64,000 nt of DNA from Microthyrium microscopicum. Taxonomy: Eukaryota. A program made the translations under genes and the position numbers. The stretch spans positions 434,001 through 498,000 of the forward strand of contig MU004239.1 of assembly GCA_010405405.1 (NCBI GenBank). The letters are read 5' to 3'. The notes under the pieces were generated by a model. It did not search any database. It had not been told where the DNA came from and worked only from the letters and a program-made list of their open reading frames with translations. Shown piece after piece: positions 10,748 through 21,076 of this stretch; the first letter of the stretch is position 1; every line of letters starts with the position of its first letter.

Positions 10748-11985
10748 ATGCCCGCCCCAACAGCGCTTTTGCGCAAATCCGACGATATCCTCCAGGACGC
10801 CATTCAAGTCCCGTTACCAGGCAAGTAATCGTCTCTGCCTCAAAAGCGCATAGTTCTAACCATCCGATTCGCAGGCGATGATCAAGACACAATCCTCATT
10901 GAGCCCACAGCCGCAGCGGAGCCTCTACAAACCCCTATGACACAAATTCAAGAATCAGATTCGTCACAAATGCAAATAGACAGCGAAGGAGCACCTCTCT
11001 TTCCACCATCCACCGACTCACCAAAGATCCTACGAGTCGAAACTCGCAAAGTGCCTATACCTCCTCATCGCTTCACACGTATGTGCTTGTACGCCTATCA
11101 AATGCATTACTCATAAAATTGTAGCTCTCAAATCCGTCTGGCCTAAGCTTTATCCTCCGCTAGGTAAGCTGATCAAAGCCTCATAAAGACATAAAGAGGA
11201 TATTGCTGATACTGGCTTAGTGAATCATCTCCATCTTCAAGTGCGCATGAATACAAAGAACAAAGCCGTCGAATTACGAACATCAAAAACTACTGAAAAC
11301 GGCGCTCTTCAAAAAGGCGAGGACTTTGTACGGGCCTTTGCTCTTGGCTTCGACATTGACGATGCTATCGCTCTTCTCAGACTCGATGGTAAGGATTGCT
11401 CGTATAATCACAATCTTGCGGCGGCTGTGCTTGGTCAATTGGCATATTTTTATGTTGGCATCTTATGAATTGTCAGCGCGGTGCAACGGGCCCAACACTA
11501 CTTACACTTCGCCTCTTAGATATCATGCGGAGCAAACATCAGTCTTTGGCGAATCAGGCTAACATATTACAGATCTCTATATACAGACATTCGAGGTCAA
11601 GGATGTCAAGACCTTACAAGGAGATCATCTTGGGCGTGCAATAGGTAAGCCTCCCCAAGCATAATCATCTCGAGTGCTTTGTTTTCGATACGAACGCCAG
11701 CAAGCACTGAACGACAACGAAATCCTGCCAGAATCATTCATCCTAGAAACTTGCTGACAATTTCCAGGCCGCATTGCTGGCAAAGACGGAAAGACAAAGT
11801 TCGCCATCGAATCAGCTAGCAAGACACGCATAGTACTCGCAGACAGCAAGATTCACATCCTGGGCGGATTCCAAAACATTTCAATAGCGAGAGAAAGTGT
11901 TGTCAGCTTGATTCTAGGTCGTCCACCAGGCAAAGTGTACCACGATCTTCGCACCGTGTCGGCGCGAATGAAGGAGCGGTTCTAG
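10748..11985 (+). CDS. PNO1: Pre-rRNA processing KH-domain protein Pno1/Dim2 (6 exons; introns approx. 10821-10874, 11079-11124, 11164-11220, 11389-11572, 11645-11767)
   Basis: Spliced product contains [67 protein letters not shown] and ends SARMKERF*. Confidence 0.93.
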
Positions 11986-12939
11986 GATCATTAGACATAG
12001 CATTCACGGCGTTTAATGATGGTTGAAGCATTTCACGGACAATGTACAGCAGCCGGTTTCATGATATTACGATTTGATTTAGTTAACTTTGGCTCGACTT
12101 GAATCTACTGAATATAAGCAGGGCAAACACAAGCATTCTTAACTCGCATAGGTACTCTACTCTAAAGTAGGCCTGATGGCTCTCTTCACTGCTACATTTA
12201 GCCAGCGAATGAATTGTTTGTTCCCATTTCTATTTTGAACGCTACGTACTTGGGATGACACGAAGACAAGCAATTATCTAATCCATCTCTTATTTCAGAG
12301 GATTTCACTCAATGCAGAGTATCCCTTGGACCGGAGAGGGGTCAGCGCTAATCCCAGAGTTAAGCAACACAGTCAGAATGATATGCAAATCATCAAATCC
12401 CAAGAATCAAACCATTTTCGAAAGCAGGAAATTCTTGACGTAACTATTGATCGGTCTTGGATCTCGAACCAAATATATACTGATAAGTGCCTGAGTAAGT
12501 TAGATACTTACCTAGAGTACTTATTTGATACATTATTCTAGTTTCGTTCTAGATCAGCTTCGAACGGCAACCCCGACAGAATAAGAAGACCGCGGCACTT
12601 GCCGAACAGAACTGAGAATGGCAAGGTACTTTCTTCGACCCTGGAAAAACAGGCTGAGCATTGTGAGATGGATGCAGGTGCAAGCTGACGATCGCTAAAG
12701 ATCAACAATGAACTGTGACGAAGCGATATTTTGGTGTCCATTCAGCCGAACAAACTATTTAAGCTTTGGTTCCGGTATTGGAATCGGGAGTTGTAACCAC
12801 AATTGATCAAGCTCTTTCGCAGCTTTCGAGCTCCTCTTCAGTAAGGGAGATTATTCATACAATCTTCTATATCCTCTTTCACCATTATTCGACTTGCGCG
12901 CTTCAATAAACTTGATACCTCGTTTAGGTTCGTCGCATC

Positions 12940-14649
12940 ATGAGTTCCACAACGTACGACTTCATCATCGTTGGAGCAGGAGCCGCTGGCTGTGCATTGG
13001 CCTGGCGTCTAGCACAAACTCCAAGTCGACCTAGAATTCTCCTACTAGAAGCAGGAGGCGAAAACAAGAACCCGCATTTTCGAATCGATGGCGACCGCTG
13101 GACCATCCGCATGAACCCCGAACTGGCATGGGGATATCATACAGAACCACAAGAAGCTCTATCCGGACGCAAAATCGAATACGACCGCGGTAAAGGCCTA
13201 GGAGGCAGCACAGCAATCAACTTTGGGGTCTGGAACTTACCGCCTCGCGATGACTTTTCAGAGATTGCGCGGTTGAGCGGTGATGCAAGTTGGGAGTGGG
13301 AGTCTGTGAGACCGTTGCTGAATAGCATGGTGGATTATCGTGCCGTTGATGTTCCTAAAGGTGTTGAAACGTACCTTGATCCAGATCCGGCGATTCATGG
13401 GAAGGGGGGACCGTTAAAGGTTGGGTTTGCAAAGATCTGGGAGAAAAGTATGGTTGATGTGATCAAGGTTTTTGAGAAGAACGGGTATCCTGTCAACAAA
13501 GATCATGGGACGGGCGATCATATGGGAATATGGATTGCGCCGAACACCATGTTCAAGGGTATACGGTCAACAGCTGCGGATTTACTTGAAGATTTGCCTG
13601 AGAATCTGACGATTCTGACCAATTCTCATATCTCAAAGGTCGTTTTCAAGGATAGAAAAGCTGTGGGCGTGGAGACAAGCGACGGCAAAACTTATGCCGC
13701 CGAAAAGGAAGTTATACTTTCTGCGGGAGCTCTAGACACACCCAAGATCCTTATGCTTTCCGGAATTGGAGACAAAGATCAACTTTCCAGTTTTGGCATT
13801 CCCGTCATACATGACAACAAGAGCGTTGGCAGGAATCTCAGTGACCACGTCCATGTTGGATTGACCTGGGTCCGCAAAGACCATTCAAGCATTCGAAGAG
13901 CGTACTTCAACAAGCCGGAGCTCCGAGAAGCAGCCATCAAGCAATGGGAGGAGACCGGAGACGGACCACTGGCAGACTTGATGACCCAGTTGGCGATAGT
14001 ATTCTCAAAAAACAAGACAGTCTTGTCAAGTCCTGAGTTCAAGGCTCTACCAGAACATCGACAAAAACATCTTCTCGCTCCAACGACGCCGACATATGAG
14101 ATTGCGTTGAACCCGCCCAGCGCAGAATACTTTGTGGATCCAGTCAATGCTCAAGCTCTAGAATCAATACTCGTCTTTGTGCAAAACAACGAATCTAGGG
14201 GCTCCGTCACATTACAATCTGCGGATCCAACACTGCCTGCCTTGTTCGACCCCAAGTTCTTGACTCATGAGTATGATCAAAGAGTCGCCATAGAAGTCAT
14301 GAGGGACGTCCTGAACGTTTCCGATAGCCCGGAGTTTCAAGCAGACACTATTTCCATGTTGCACGGTCCAAAAAGTAGGAGCGATGAGGATATCCTGGCA
14401 TATTGGAAAGAAAATCTCGTCAGCACATGGCATATGACTGGAACCGCAAAGATGGGACAGAGCGAAGTGGAAGACAACGCTGTGGTGGATTCTCAGAATC
14501 GTGTCTTTGGAGTCGATGGTCTGAGGGTTGCGGACATGTCGATTGTGCCGATTATGGCAAATTCTCATGTACAAACGGTGGCCTACATTACGGGATTGCT
14601 TGCGGCTGAGAAGATTATACGGGAGTATAAGCTTACATCCAAACTTTAG
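12940..14649 (+). CDS. GMC (glucose-methanol-choline) oxidoreductase, probably intracellular
   Basis: 569 aa. YDFIIVGAGAAG, RGKGLGGSTAIN, EVILSAGALDTPKILMLSGIG, STWHMTGTAKMG, GLRVADMS. No signal peptide evident. Confidence 0.93.
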   Translation: MSSTTYDFIIVGAGAAGCALAWRLAQTPSRPRILLLEAGGENKNPHFRIDGDRWTIRMNPELAWGYHTEPQEALSGRKIEYDRGKGLGGSTAINFGVWNLPPRDDFSEIARLSGDASWEWESVRPLLNSMVDYRAVDVPKGVETYLDPDPAIHGKGGPLKVGFAKIWEKSMVDVIKVFEKNGYPVNKDHGTGDHMGIWIAPNTMFKGIRSTAADLLEDLPENLTILTNSHISKVVFKDRKAVGVETSDGKTYAAEKEVILSAGALDTPKILMLSGIGDKDQLSSFGIPVIHDNKSVGRNLSDHVHVGLTWVRKDHSSIRRAYFNKPELREAAIKQWEETGDGPLADLMTQLAIVFSKNKTVLSSPEFKALPEHRQKHLLAPTTPTYEIALNPPSAEYFVDPVNAQALESILVFVQNNESRGSVTLQSADPTLPALFDPKFLTHEYDQRVAIEVMRDVLNVSDSPEFQADTISMLHGPKSRSDEDILAYWKENLVSTWHMTGTAKMGQSEVEDNAVVDSQNRVFGVDGLRVADMSIVPIMANSHVQTVAYITGLLAAEKIIREYKLTSKL

Positions 14650-14734
14650 GTTGATATGCCATAAGCAAGACCTGTACCGTTGAGCGGTTTCAAGGTAGTT
14701 GATTATCTAACAGCTAATGCCGAGCTAATGGAAA

Positions 14735-15844
14735 TTACTTGACACTACATTTGACGCCAGCTCTCGAGAAATCATCGAGTAATTGCTGCTGCTCTTCTGC
14801 ATTGTCACTCCAATTCTCCAGTATAAGAACATCCAAAGTTGGTATGTCCGCTTCGCATACCTGAGCAAATGCTTTGACTTGATCTAAAAGCCGCTCAGCC
14901 CTCCCAAGTATCTTCAGATCCTTGAGGGTAGACGGGAGAATGTCTGTAAGTTCAGGAGGATCATAGTCCTCGTTGTCATCACTGCCCGATAGAAACACCG
15001 ACGATAAAGTTAAACTGGCGAGCTTCTCGAAGTCTTTGAGGGAGCCGATAGCCTCGAACTCTTCCTCTGCCGTCTCGATCGCAAACGCCTCTCGTGCGTC
15101 CAAAGTAAGTTGTTCCAATGAATGTTTTTGTGATCGTAACGCATCCGCAATGCCAGGAATAGTGAATTCGGATGCGCCGACGGTCGCCGGACCCCACTGG
15201 CAAGAGAACGACTTGAGAGCTTTGCAAGAGGCGACTATTGCGCCAATGGATGATTCATCCATATCAGAGAATTCGAATGACAGAGTGTCTACCTCTGAGA
15301 ATTTCTCCGGCCAGTCCCCTTCATCGATTTCATTTTCGCTTGAACAAGCGAAGGCTTCTACTTTACGTAGTGATGGAAGTCGAAAACAGACCGCAAGTAC
15401 ACCCATATCAAACCCGTCTTCAGTGTCCCAATGCTGGCCTTTTATGATTTCGAGGGACGAGAAGTTGTGGAACTCAGATGACGAGCCTGCCTGTCCGGCC
15501 ACGTTAAAGAGTTTCCAGACGAGTGACTTGGTTTTCTCTTCCATGTACGGAATTACAAGGCTCAATTCTTGAAGATTGGGCGTGAGGTAAAGAATAAGGG
15601 CGAGTATGGCATCTGTTGTGCCATTTTCTAACGCCTTTATCCATGTTTCTTTCTCTGGCAAGTCCAGACTCTTTGCAGCTTCGACGATGGCTTCGAGTCC
15701 ATCGGGTTCCAGCTCTGATTGATCAAGGCTCCAAGATTGGTCAGTGATAGACAAGATTGTATCAGCAAGACTTCGACGTTCAATCAAGCTTCGCAAGAAA
15801 TCCGCACTCGATGATGCATCCCAAAGAGAAATTGTATCGGCCAT
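14735..15844 (-). CDS. Acidic leucine-rich-repeat (RNI-like) protein of the kind usually associated with F-box domains
   Basis: 369-aa ORF with LxxLxL repeats (PNLQELSL, LPSLRKV, SLEQLTLD, SLKDFEKLASLTL, LPSTLKDLKI). No F-box is visible in the ORF; an upstream exon is possible. Confidence 0.7.
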   Translation of the reverse strand: MADTISLWDASSSADFLRSLIERRSLADTILSITDQSWSLDQSELEPDGLEAIVEAAKSLDLPEKETWIKALENGTTDAILALILYLTPNLQELSLVIPYMEEKTKSLVWKLFNVAGQAGSSSEFHNFSSLEIIKGQHWDTEDGFDMGVLAVCFRLPSLRKVEAFACSSENEIDEGDWPEKFSEVDTLSFEFSDMDESSIGAIVASCKALKSFSCQWGPATVGASEFTIPGIADALRSQKHSLEQLTLDAREAFAIETAEEEFEAIGSLKDFEKLASLTLSSVFLSGSDDNEDYDPPELTDILPSTLKDLKILGRAERLLDQVKAFAQVCEADIPTLDVLILENWSDNAEEQQQLLDDFSRAGVKCSVK

Positions 15845-16446
15845 GCCGTAGAACGATATCTACCTATGTCGTGCTGTCAGTGTTTCAGGGCGAAGAGTTG
15901 ATGGAGTTGAAGAGGCTCGATGACGGTAATTAAACTATAAAGTACGAAGTATCAATATTTTACGACAAGCTTGATGCGCTAGTACTTCCCTGACTTCGGT
16001 ACTTGTCATAAAAAGCGGAACAACTCATGGATATCTCTTCGCCCTATCTCAAAAGCAACGGACAACAAGACCTGCAAGGCTGCAAAGCTGCAAACATGTT
16101 GAACTTAAGTGTAATCTTTACCGGACTAATAGAAGTCAAAATGATTATCAGCTGCGGTCTAATAGCCGCACAAAACAAACTTCCAATCAGAAGCTTCAAT
16201 AATATATGCAGGCGACTCCGCCACTTCGAGGCAGACTGGCAGGCCACGATGCAGGCCTCCTCGGCGCCTAGAGCAATTGAGATATCGAAACCCTTCCTAC
16301 GACGAACATCATCAAACAATAAACCGCAAATTGGCACGTTCTGGCCTGACTGACGAGAATCTTGGATCACCTTGAGCTCCTCAAAGCAGTACACTTTACA
16401 CCACAAGCCGGAACTTTCTGTTCGGCCCAACGCTACGTTGATCACG

Positions 16447-19400
16447 ATGCGCCTCCTAAAACGCAAGCCGAACGGCGACTTCGATTTAGCAACCTTCAAT
16501 AACACTAACATTCCTTCGTATGCGATCCTCTCTCATACCTGGGGCGACGAAGAAGTCACATATGATGAATTGGTGACCGGGGCTGGCAAAAACAAGCCTG
16601 GCTATGACAAGATCCGCTTTTGCGGCGAAAGAGCTGCTGCTGACAAACTGGAGTATTTCTGGGTAGACACTTGTTGCATCAAGAAGACCGATCAGCAGGA
16701 GCTTCAAACAGCCATCAATTCCATGTTCCGGTGGTATCAGCAGGCATCGAAGTGCTACGTGTACTTAACGGACGTTCATGTTCCAGACGACGTTATTGAT
16801 CCTCAGACCCACCGCATAACGTGGGAAGGTGCGTTTCGACGAAGTCGGTGGTTCACAAGAGGGTGGACACTACAAGAACTTATAGCACCGGCCACGGTTG
16901 AATTCTTTTCCGGAAATGGTAAATCGCTAGGCACCAAGGTCTCGTTGGAGCTGGAAGTTCAGGAGATCACCAAGGTGCCCGTCGAAGCACTTAGAGGACA
17001 GCAAACTCTCTCTCAGTTCAGCGAAGAAGAACGCATGAAGTGGGCAGCAAATCGCCAAACCACGTACCCAGAGGACAAAGTTTACTGCTTATTGGGCATT
17101 TTTGATGTCTTTTTACCACTCATATATGGGGAGGGAGAAGAATATGCAGCTCAACGACTGAGGCGCGAGATACAACTTCGATCAAGGCAGAACGGAGAGC
17201 AAGTTGGAGAAGGTTCGCAGAAATTGTCTGGTGTGTGTTATCGAACTTTCCATCAGGAGTCCATTTTTTGTACTGACAATGTGTAGCGTCCTCGCTGTTG
17301 CCTTTCTCCAGGAACAAAGGTTTTGTCGGTCGGGAAGATCAACTTCGGACACTCGGCAATTTACTTGTAGGCCAGGACTCTCACCAACGCATGGCCATAT
17401 TTGGTCTGGGAGGCTGCGGAAAGTCGGCGCTAGCCATAGAGTTCGCTTATCGTGTGATGGCGAGATATTCCGCGTATCTGGTCTTCTGGGTCCCTGCGAT
17501 CAGCCGAGAGACCTTTGAGCTTGCATATCGCGATATAGGCGTCTGTCTCCAAATACCGGGAATTACAGATGATAACGCAGATGTTTTGCAGCTTGTCAAG
17601 AGAAAACTGGAATCAGGCGGCTCGGGCAACTGGCTGATGATAGTGGATAACGCCGATGATGCGGAAACTCTTTTGCGCGAGTCCGGCTCAGATTCACGCC
17701 GACTCAATGACTATCTTCCACGCAGTGATAGAGGCACAATCGTCTTCACCACACGAAGCAGGAAAGCTGCCGTAAGCCTAGCACAGAACAACATCATTAA
17801 GCTTGGTGATATGGATCAGACCGAAGGCAGGCAGCTAATGGCGCAGCGTCTATCGGACAACAGCTTACTGGAAGACGAAGCAGCTGTTGACGACCTACTC
17901 AAAATCCTCGAGTATCTACCGCTTGCTGTGGTTCAGGCCACCGCTTTCATCAACAGCAATGATATTTCAATAGCAGACTACATCTCGTTGTTCAAAGAAC
18001 CTAGCGCGGAGGCCAGCCTATTCAGCAAACATTTCGAAGATCCCAGCAGATATCGAGAAATGGAAAGTACTATTGCTAAGACTTGGTACATTTCCTTTGG
18101 TCAAATTGTCAAGAAAGATCGGCTCGCAGCGGACTATCTATGCTTCATGGCATGTATCGATCGTGTGAACATTCCGCAATCGCTACTTGCATTCGAGGAT
18201 CTATTACATCAAATTGAAGCAATAGGAACACTGAAAGGCTATGCTTTTATCACAGAGCGTCAGAAAATTGCACCACGGCCAGGAGAAGACAAATTTTATG
18301 ATATGCACCGACTCGTTCAGATGGCCTCGATGTGGTGGCTTCGGGAACATGGCGAGTGGACGAAGTGGACGAGTGAGGCAGCAGCCCGACTTAAAAAGCT
18401 AATACCTTTTGGCGAACATGAGGGAAGAGGGACATGGACTGCTTATCTCTCTCACGCGATTCATCTGACTGGCTTGCATGACGCTTTGGACGACATCACA
18501 AAAGCTTCGCTTCTATACTGCGTAGGGGCATGCCAGAAAGAATTAGGACAATATCAAGCAGCAGAAACGTCATTTCGACATACTCTTGCAATTTCTACGA
18601 GGAGTTGCGGCCCAGAGCATATTAATACACTCAATAGTAGAGATCGCTTGGGAGCAGTATTACGGGAACGGGGCAAGTACGAAGAGGCCGAAACGATGAC
18701 CAGAGAGACGCTGGCGATTAGAGAGAAGGTGTATGGTCTTGAGGATCCTTCTACGCTGGTCACTATGAACAACTTAGCGGCTGTCTTCAGTCAGCGCGGG
18801 AAGTATGGGGAAGCGGAAGTAATGTATAGGCAAATATTGGCGATTCAGGAGACGCTTAGCCACGAGCAAGACCATTTGCTAAGGACTAAGGAAAACTTGG
18901 CGGCTGTATTGATGAATCAGGGCAGTTATGAGGCGGCAGAAGTGATGTTCAAGCTGACGTTGGAGATCAGACAGAAGAATAACGGCCTCGAACATCCTTC
19001 CACGCTGCCAACCATGAGTAACCTGAGCTCTGTATTGCGATTCCGGGGCAAATATGAGGAAGCGGAAGTGATGTTTAGACAGTTATTGGTGATGTCAGAG
19101 AAATTGCTCGGAAATGAGCATCCGAAAACTATATACCGTATGCGCGGCTTGGCTGCGGTACTTAAAGACCAATATAGATATGAGCAGGCGGAGGTGATAC
19201 TTAGACAGACGCTTGAGATACAGGTGAAAGTGCTTGGAATGGAGCATCCGGATACATTGTCGAGTATGAACTCATTAGCGTTGGTGTTGTGTGATCAACG
19301 TCAATATAGGGAAGCAGAAGCAATGCAAAGGCAGGCACTAGAAGGACGGGAGAAAGTGCTTGGAGTCGACCATCCTGATACATTAACAAGCATGGGAATC

Positions 19401-19727
19401 TTGGCTTTGATATTAGGGGGACAAGGCAAGTACGATGAGGCAGAAGAGATGAATAGGCGGTGTCTGGCGAAATCCGAGCAGGTGCGCGGGAAGGATCATC
19501 CAGACACACTGACGTATGTTTCCAACCTGGCTATACTCATGGCAGATCAGCATCGCTACGAGGAATCCGCTTCACTATATGAACGAGCATGCGCTGGGCG
19601 CGATGCCGTGCTGGGCCCAGATCATCCCAAAACACAAGCGTGTCGCCGAAATTACGCTACTATGCTTGAAAACCAGAAGCAGCATATGCTTGCAAATCAG
19701 TCCCGAACACCACAAAACGATAGCTAG
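16447..19727 (+). CDS. NLR-like protein HET - NB-ARC - TPR (2 exons; intron 17231-17286)
   Basis: HET motifs YAILSHTWG, YFWVDTCCI, AINSMFRWY, SRWFTRGWTLQELIAP. The GT...CTGAC...TAG intron joins in frame to LPFSRNKGFVGRE. P-loop GLGGCGKS, Walker B WLMIVDNADD, FTTR, LPLAVVQA, MHRLVQ, then about 8 kinesin-light-chain-type 42-aa TPRs (HPDTLxSM). Confidence 0.92.
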
Positions 19728-20312
19728 GAGATGCCTTCGCACGCCACAGCACGCGCCACATCTAGGGGAAACGGCTTTTTCCACAAAGTCTTCAGATCTC
19801 TGGACTCATTGTCCAAGAGACCGCGCGTATCCCACACGAAAGAGCCAAGGATCACAGGCTCAAATGAAATACAGTCTACAGAATGAAACACACAGCAGCT
19901 AACAAGGCCGAAACTTTGATACATCAGCTTCACATCATTCAGCAAGAGGAAGCAACTTATTCCTTTGGCGAAACTAGCGAGGCACCCGCATTGCTTGCTA
20001 GCACACAAGGCAGGCCTCGATACCGGGGAAGAGGATTTGAATCAAGAGTTGAAGGAGCGATATCTCGCCTTACGAAAGCAGATCAAAGATCTTCAACTCA
20101 TGATAATCATCCGGCGAGAACGACCACAAGGCGCCAAAGCTTCACCCAAGTCACTAAAGTGTCACCAAAGAGTCACCCGCCCAAAGATGCCTACGCATGT
20201 CATACACTTGCAATTCGAAAGCAGATCCAAAACCGTCAACTCATGATGATCATTCACATCAACGACCACAAGGAACGGAAGCTTCACCAGAGGGTCATTC
20301 AATCCGACCAAT

Positions 20313-20412
20313 GTCACCCTCGTCAGCCAGCAAACCTCGCATCACAGTCACCCTCGTCAGCCAGCAAACCTCGCATCACAGTCACCCTCGTCAGCCAGCA
20401 AACCTCGCATCA
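20313..20412 (+). repeat. Tandem repeat, about 3 copies of a 34-bp unit
   Basis: GTCACCCTCGTCAGCCAGCAAACCTCGCATCACA starting at 20313, 20347 and 20381 (third copy 2 nt short). Confidence 0.95.
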
Positions 20413-21076
20413 GTCACAAACAAACAAACACACAATTCATGCAAAAGCCAAGTCGTAATTCAATTCATCCTTACAGCAATGATCGCTGTATGAGTAGCAT
20501 AAAGAACAAAAATAATGATACAAAAACGAAGTTTTCGCCATGAGCAGCTCATCCAAAACCCGTCTTGCCCGTGCTCAAACAGCCAAAAAAGCAAACCACC
20601 CGACGCAAAAAAACACACCACATGGAATTCATGTGTTCATTCCCAACTGCTATACATTCAAACGCTATACGGTGTAATTCCTAAAGCTCTGTCTAGGCCA
20701 ATTCCGACCCAAAGGAAAAGCCAAATCATGGTATTCTGCTGTATGGTGTAGTGAGTGTGCTTTGGGCACAGAAGTATGTATGATCGAAGGAAGAAACGGA
20801 AGAACAAAAGCAAGCAAGCAATCTGTGGTATCAACAGTATTTAACCAGGTAGTCAAATGAACAAGGTGGTGTAGTAACGCCGGGTATCTCTCGTATGTAC
20901 ACAGACGTTTGGCAGATCAACAATAAGGGTATTAATGATACTCGTAGTCGACTAGGGTATGTGAAAAGCATGTGGGGTATAGTTGTTTTAAAAAGTCAAG
21001 TTTTTATGATGGGTATTGCTCGTGGGAGCTTGGTAGTTCGTCTCGCGTTCCGTGGAAATGTACAGTTGTAAGCTTT

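Noticed and set aside
20313..20412. CRISPR-like array
   Set aside because: Head-to-tail repeats without spacers in a eukaryotic locus; no cas genes.
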